From positions 1 to 37,265 of the IMG/VR virus record IMGVR_UViG_3300049017_000049: 37,265 nucleotides of DNA, one strand, 5' to 3'. Below are positions 34,804-37,265 of the stretch, in pieces. The position numbers were made by a program, and so were the translations under genes. The notes beneath the pieces were generated by a model. It searched no databases. It had not been told where the DNA came from and was given only the letters and a program-made list of their open reading frames with translations. Positions within the stretch are counted from its first letter, which is position 1. The number at the start of each line of letters is the position of its first letter. This DNA is from a virus (Duplodnaviria > Caudoviricetes).

Positions 34804-35169
34804 ATGGAAGACAGCACGCCCCTCATCAAGTCGCACATGCCAGGCACCCTGGTCCAACTGCGCAAGCGGACGGGGCTCGCGCGCAGCACCGTCGCCAGGT
34901 GCATACAGCGCCTGCACGCCGCGGGCGACTGCCACGTCCTGCACTGGGTTGAGAGCGCTGGCGGCCCGAACGCGCCGTACCTGGCTGTCTACAAGCTGGG
35001 AAAGGGCCGTGATGCGGCGCCGCCTGTCTACTCGCGGCCGAAGGAGAAGGGCCTGCCGCAAGACAGCACCGCTCGCGCACGGATGAAGGCGCTGGCGGAA
35101 GCGGACCGCGCGGCGCAGAGACGTGATCCGTGGATCTGGTTTTTATTTGATGTGAACGTTAGTTTTTGA
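34804..35169 (+). CDS. Probable (winged) HTH DNA-binding protein
   Basis: AAGGA RBS; TLVQLRKRTGLARSTVARCIQRL. Confidence 0.65.
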   Translation: MEDSTPLIKSHMPGTLVQLRKRTGLARSTVARCIQRLHAAGDCHVLHWVESAGGPNAPYLAVYKLGKGRDAAPPVYSRPKEKGLPQDSTARARMKALAEADRAAQRRDPWIWFLFDVNVSF

Positions 35170-35206
35170 AGGGCGCAATTTTGCGCGAACTATTTGAAAG
35201 ATGAAA

Positions 35207-35602
35207 ATGAACGACAACCAAATTGAGAAAGAGATCCAGGCCAAGGGCCTGACCGCGCCGCGCGTGACGCCGGCGGATTTGCAGGCGAACATCGCCAGCG
35301 AACACTACTTCACGGCTGCGCAGGGTGTCTATGGGGCTGGGGCCGAAGAAATGCTCAAGCGCGCTGGCGAAGAAGCGACATTGCGCGGCGTCGGTATTGT
35401 CCACGCGCCCTCACTGCGATTGCTCACCTTCTGCGTGCTGGTCCTGCGCAACGGCTTCACGGTGACGGGCGAGTCGGCCTGTGCCAGCCCGGAGAACTTC
35501 GACGCCGAACTGGGCCGCAAGATCGCGCGCCAGAACGCCGAGCAGAAGATCTGGCCGCTCATGGGCTATGCGCTCAAGGAGCGGCTGGCGGCACTCGACT
35601 AA
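35207..35602 (+). CDS. Phage gp49/gp66-family protein (PF13876-like)
   Basis: APRVTP, LTFCVLVLRNGFTVTGESACASPENFDAELGRKIA and IWPLMGY. Confidence 0.9.
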   Translation: MNDNQIEKEIQAKGLTAPRVTPADLQANIASEHYFTAAQGVYGAGAEEMLKRAGEEATLRGVGIVHAPSLRLLTFCVLVLRNGFTVTGESACASPENFDAELGRKIARQNAEQKIWPLMGYALKERLAALD

Positions 35603-35722
35603 TTTCCGCTGAAACAAAATAACTCTGGTGCATTTGTTTGAAATGCATTAATATGCTTTCTCTGGCCAGGCCGGTCGCCATGCAATCGAGCGAAGACCGG
35701 CATTTCTTTTAAGGAAATCAAA

Positions 35723-36331
35723 ATGTCCGAAGCAAATACTGCAGTCCTGTCCGAGTACGACTTCATCGTCGTCATCGACAAATCCGGCTCCATGGCCGAC
35801 CCTGTCAAAGCCGGCTCGTCCGTCACCCGCTGGGAAGCCGTGCAGGAAAGCGCGATGACCCTGGTGCGCGACGTCGAGAAGTTCGACAGCGACGGCCTGG
35901 GCCTCGTTCTGTTCTCTGGCTCCGGCATTGTCAGCCTCGACGGCGTGACCAGCGCAACGATCCGCGACGCGTTCGCCAGCAACTCGCCACGCGGCTCGAC
36001 CCCGCTGGCAGAAGCCCTGACCGCGGCGCTCAAGCTGGCCGGCAAGTCCGACAAGAAAGACTTCATCGTCGTCTTCACCGATGGCGTGCCGGACGACAAG
36101 GACGCCGCAGCCAAGGTCATCATCAACCAGGCGAACAGCCAGGAGACCGACGACGCCTGCACGATCCTGTTCATCCAGGTGGGTGACGACGCCGGTGCCG
36201 GCGCCTACCTCAAGAAGCTGGACGATGACCTGTCCGGCGCCAAGTTCGACATCGTCGACGCGAAGACCATGGCCGAAGCTGACCAGTTCGCAACGACCGC
36301 CGAGCTGATCGTCCACGCGATCAACGACTAA
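35723..36331 (+). CDS. Stand-alone von Willebrand factor A (vWA) domain protein
   Basis: MIDAS motif DKSGS...GSTP...FTDG; AAGGA RBS. Confidence 0.92.
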   Translation: MSEANTAVLSEYDFIVVIDKSGSMADPVKAGSSVTRWEAVQESAMTLVRDVEKFDSDGLGLVLFSGSGIVSLDGVTSATIRDAFASNSPRGSTPLAEALTAALKLAGKSDKKDFIVVFTDGVPDDKDAAAKVIINQANSQETDDACTILFIQVGDDAGAGAYLKKLDDDLSGAKFDIVDAKTMAEADQFATTAELIVHAIND

Positions 36332-36339
36332 GCGCTGCC

Positions 36340-36471
36340 ATGCTGGACCTGATCTTTTTCGCATTCATGATCGGCGTGTTCGTCGTCGGTTTTTACTGCG
36401 GCAAGAAATTCCAGACTGCAAAAGGCACCTGGACAGCGTTCACTACCTACGTCGGGTCGCTGTTCGACTAA
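36340..36471 (+). CDS. 43-aa single-TM peptide (not in the ORF track)
   Basis: MLDLIFFAFMIGVFVVGFYCGKKF...; lies between the vWA gene and the terminator; no clear SD. Confidence 0.55.
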   Translation: MLDLIFFAFMIGVFVVGFYCGKKFQTAKGTWTAFTTYVGSLFD

Positions 36472-36490
36472 TTGCCCGCAGCGCCCCACC

Positions 36491-36515
36491 AAGCCCGCCT
36501 CGCGCGGGCTTTTTT
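36491..36515 (+). terminator. Intrinsic terminator
   Basis: AAGCCCGC-ctcgc-GCGGGCTTTTTT. Confidence 0.9.
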
Positions 36516-36558
36516 ATGTCCTCAATGCATTGACGCCGATCAATTAAAGCCGCACAAT
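36516..36558 (+). promoter_or_regulatory. Operator plus promoter
   Basis: ATGT-N7-GCAT at 36516-36530; TTGACG-N17-CACAAT at 36530-36558. Confidence 0.7.
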
Positions 36559-36584
36559 GGCAGGGCCAAGTCAACTTAACCAGT

Positions 36585-36663
36585 ATGCCCCAGTGGGGGC
36601 GTTTCGCAACCCGGTATTGGCCGGGAAGACTTGGCGGTCTGCGAAGCGCGCCCACTGGGGCAT
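36585..36663 (+). ncRNA. Structured leader or small RNA (long stem with three-way junction)
   Basis: ATGCCCCAGTGGG/CCCACTGGGGCAT plus GCGTTTCGCA/TGCGAAGCGC enclosing two small hairpins; followed by a U-rich tract. Confidence 0.65.
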
Positions 36664-36685
36664 TTTGCTTTTTGAAGGAAGAGAA

Positions 36686-37201
36686 ATGAACATAGCGTTT
36701 GAGGCGATGATGTTCGCCCGGGACAAACACCGCGCGCAGCAGCGCAAGTACACCGGCAACCCCTACGCTGATCACCTGGCTGAGGTGGCCGGGATCGTCG
36801 CCACTGTGCCCGGCCACACGTGCTGGATGATCGCCGTGGCGTGGTTGCACGACTCGGTTGAGGACCAGGGCGTCACCGCCGGCGAACTGTTCGAGCGCTT
36901 CGGCTACGCCGTCGCCAGCGGCGTCATGCAGCTCTCCGACCTCGAGACTGGCAACCGCGCCGAGCGCAAGGCCGCCGGCCGTGTGCGGCTGGCAAGCGCG
37001 CCGGGCTGGGTGCAGACCATCAAGTGCGCGGACCTGATCAGCAACACGTCCTCGATCGTCATGCACGACCCGCAGTTCGCGGGGGTCTACCTGGAAGAGA
37101 AGCGCTTGCTGCTCGACGTCATGGACGGCGCCGACCCCGGGCTGCGTGCGCTGGCGCGGGCTCAGGCTGGTGATGCGCGCTTAGCGGGGAAGGTGGCGTG
37201 A
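36686..37201 (+). CDS. HD-domain hydrolase, Mesh1/SpoT-like small alarmone hydrolase type (171 aa)
   Basis: H..Q.RKYTG.PY..H, WLHDSVED and IKCADLISN; GAAGGA RBS. Confidence 0.9.
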   Translation: MNIAFEAMMFARDKHRAQQRKYTGNPYADHLAEVAGIVATVPGHTCWMIAVAWLHDSVEDQGVTAGELFERFGYAVASGVMQLSDLETGNRAERKAAGRVRLASAPGWVQTIKCADLISNTSSIVMHDPQFAGVYLEEKRLLLDVMDGADPGLRALARAQAGDARLAGKVA

Positions 37202-37265
37202 ACCGCGATTGGAACGTAATTCAGGGTGACGCGCGCGACGTGCTGCCTACGCTGTCAGGTGGCTC
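37198..37265 (+). CDS. N-terminus of a probable N4/N6 DNA methyltransferase (truncated by the window)
   Basis: GTGA overlap; MNRDWNVIQGDARDVLPTL matches the usual beta-class MTase start; catalytic motifs lie outside the window. Confidence 0.6.
   Translation, partial: MNRDWNVIQGDARDVLPTLSGG

Noticed and set aside
35723-36331. vWA protein plus tRNA-like RNAs as a Ro60/Y-RNA system
   Set aside because: The protein is vWA only, with no TROVE domain, and the RNAs are 15-20 kb away.
23787-36558. A separate phage-specific promoter class with C at -12
   Set aside because: In three of six cases the C is explained by overlap with the operator half-site GCAT; no phage sigma factor or RNA polymerase is seen.

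Overview
A GC-rich tailed-phage (or prophage) genome segment. The host is Gram-negative, since both spanins are present, and the ejection-protein-like genes suggest a podovirus. All calls come from reading motifs by eye; no database search was run. (1) 1-12739, + strand: end of a probable tail fibre, a permuted papain-like enzyme, a lysis cassette (holin candidates, GH24 endolysin, Rz with embedded Rz1), and probable internal virion/ejection proteins ending in a 1676-aa protein with a HExxH metallopeptidase motif. (2) 12736-23751, - strand: NADAR, HNH, a tRNA-His(GUG) next to a ~390-nt structured non-coding tract, and a replication module (SNF2 helicase, VRR-NUC, family A DNA polymerase, SSB, Cas4-like exonuclease). 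(3) 23886-37265, mostly + strand: a Cro-like HTH at a divergent promoter switch and a long run of accessory genes (nucleotidyltransferase, DEDDh exonuclease, DUF3307, a QueF-like/TGT-like pair, gp49-family protein, vWA protein, Mesh1/SpoT-like HD hydrolase, start of a DNA methyltransferase). No integrase, terminase, capsid or primase is visible. The strongest leads are: a minimal two-gene 7-deazaguanine-type cassette; a palindromic operator (ATGY-N7-RCAT) at about ten promoter-region sites; several tRNA-like or three-way-junction non-coding RNAs; and a probable counter-defence/tRNA-maintenance gene set.
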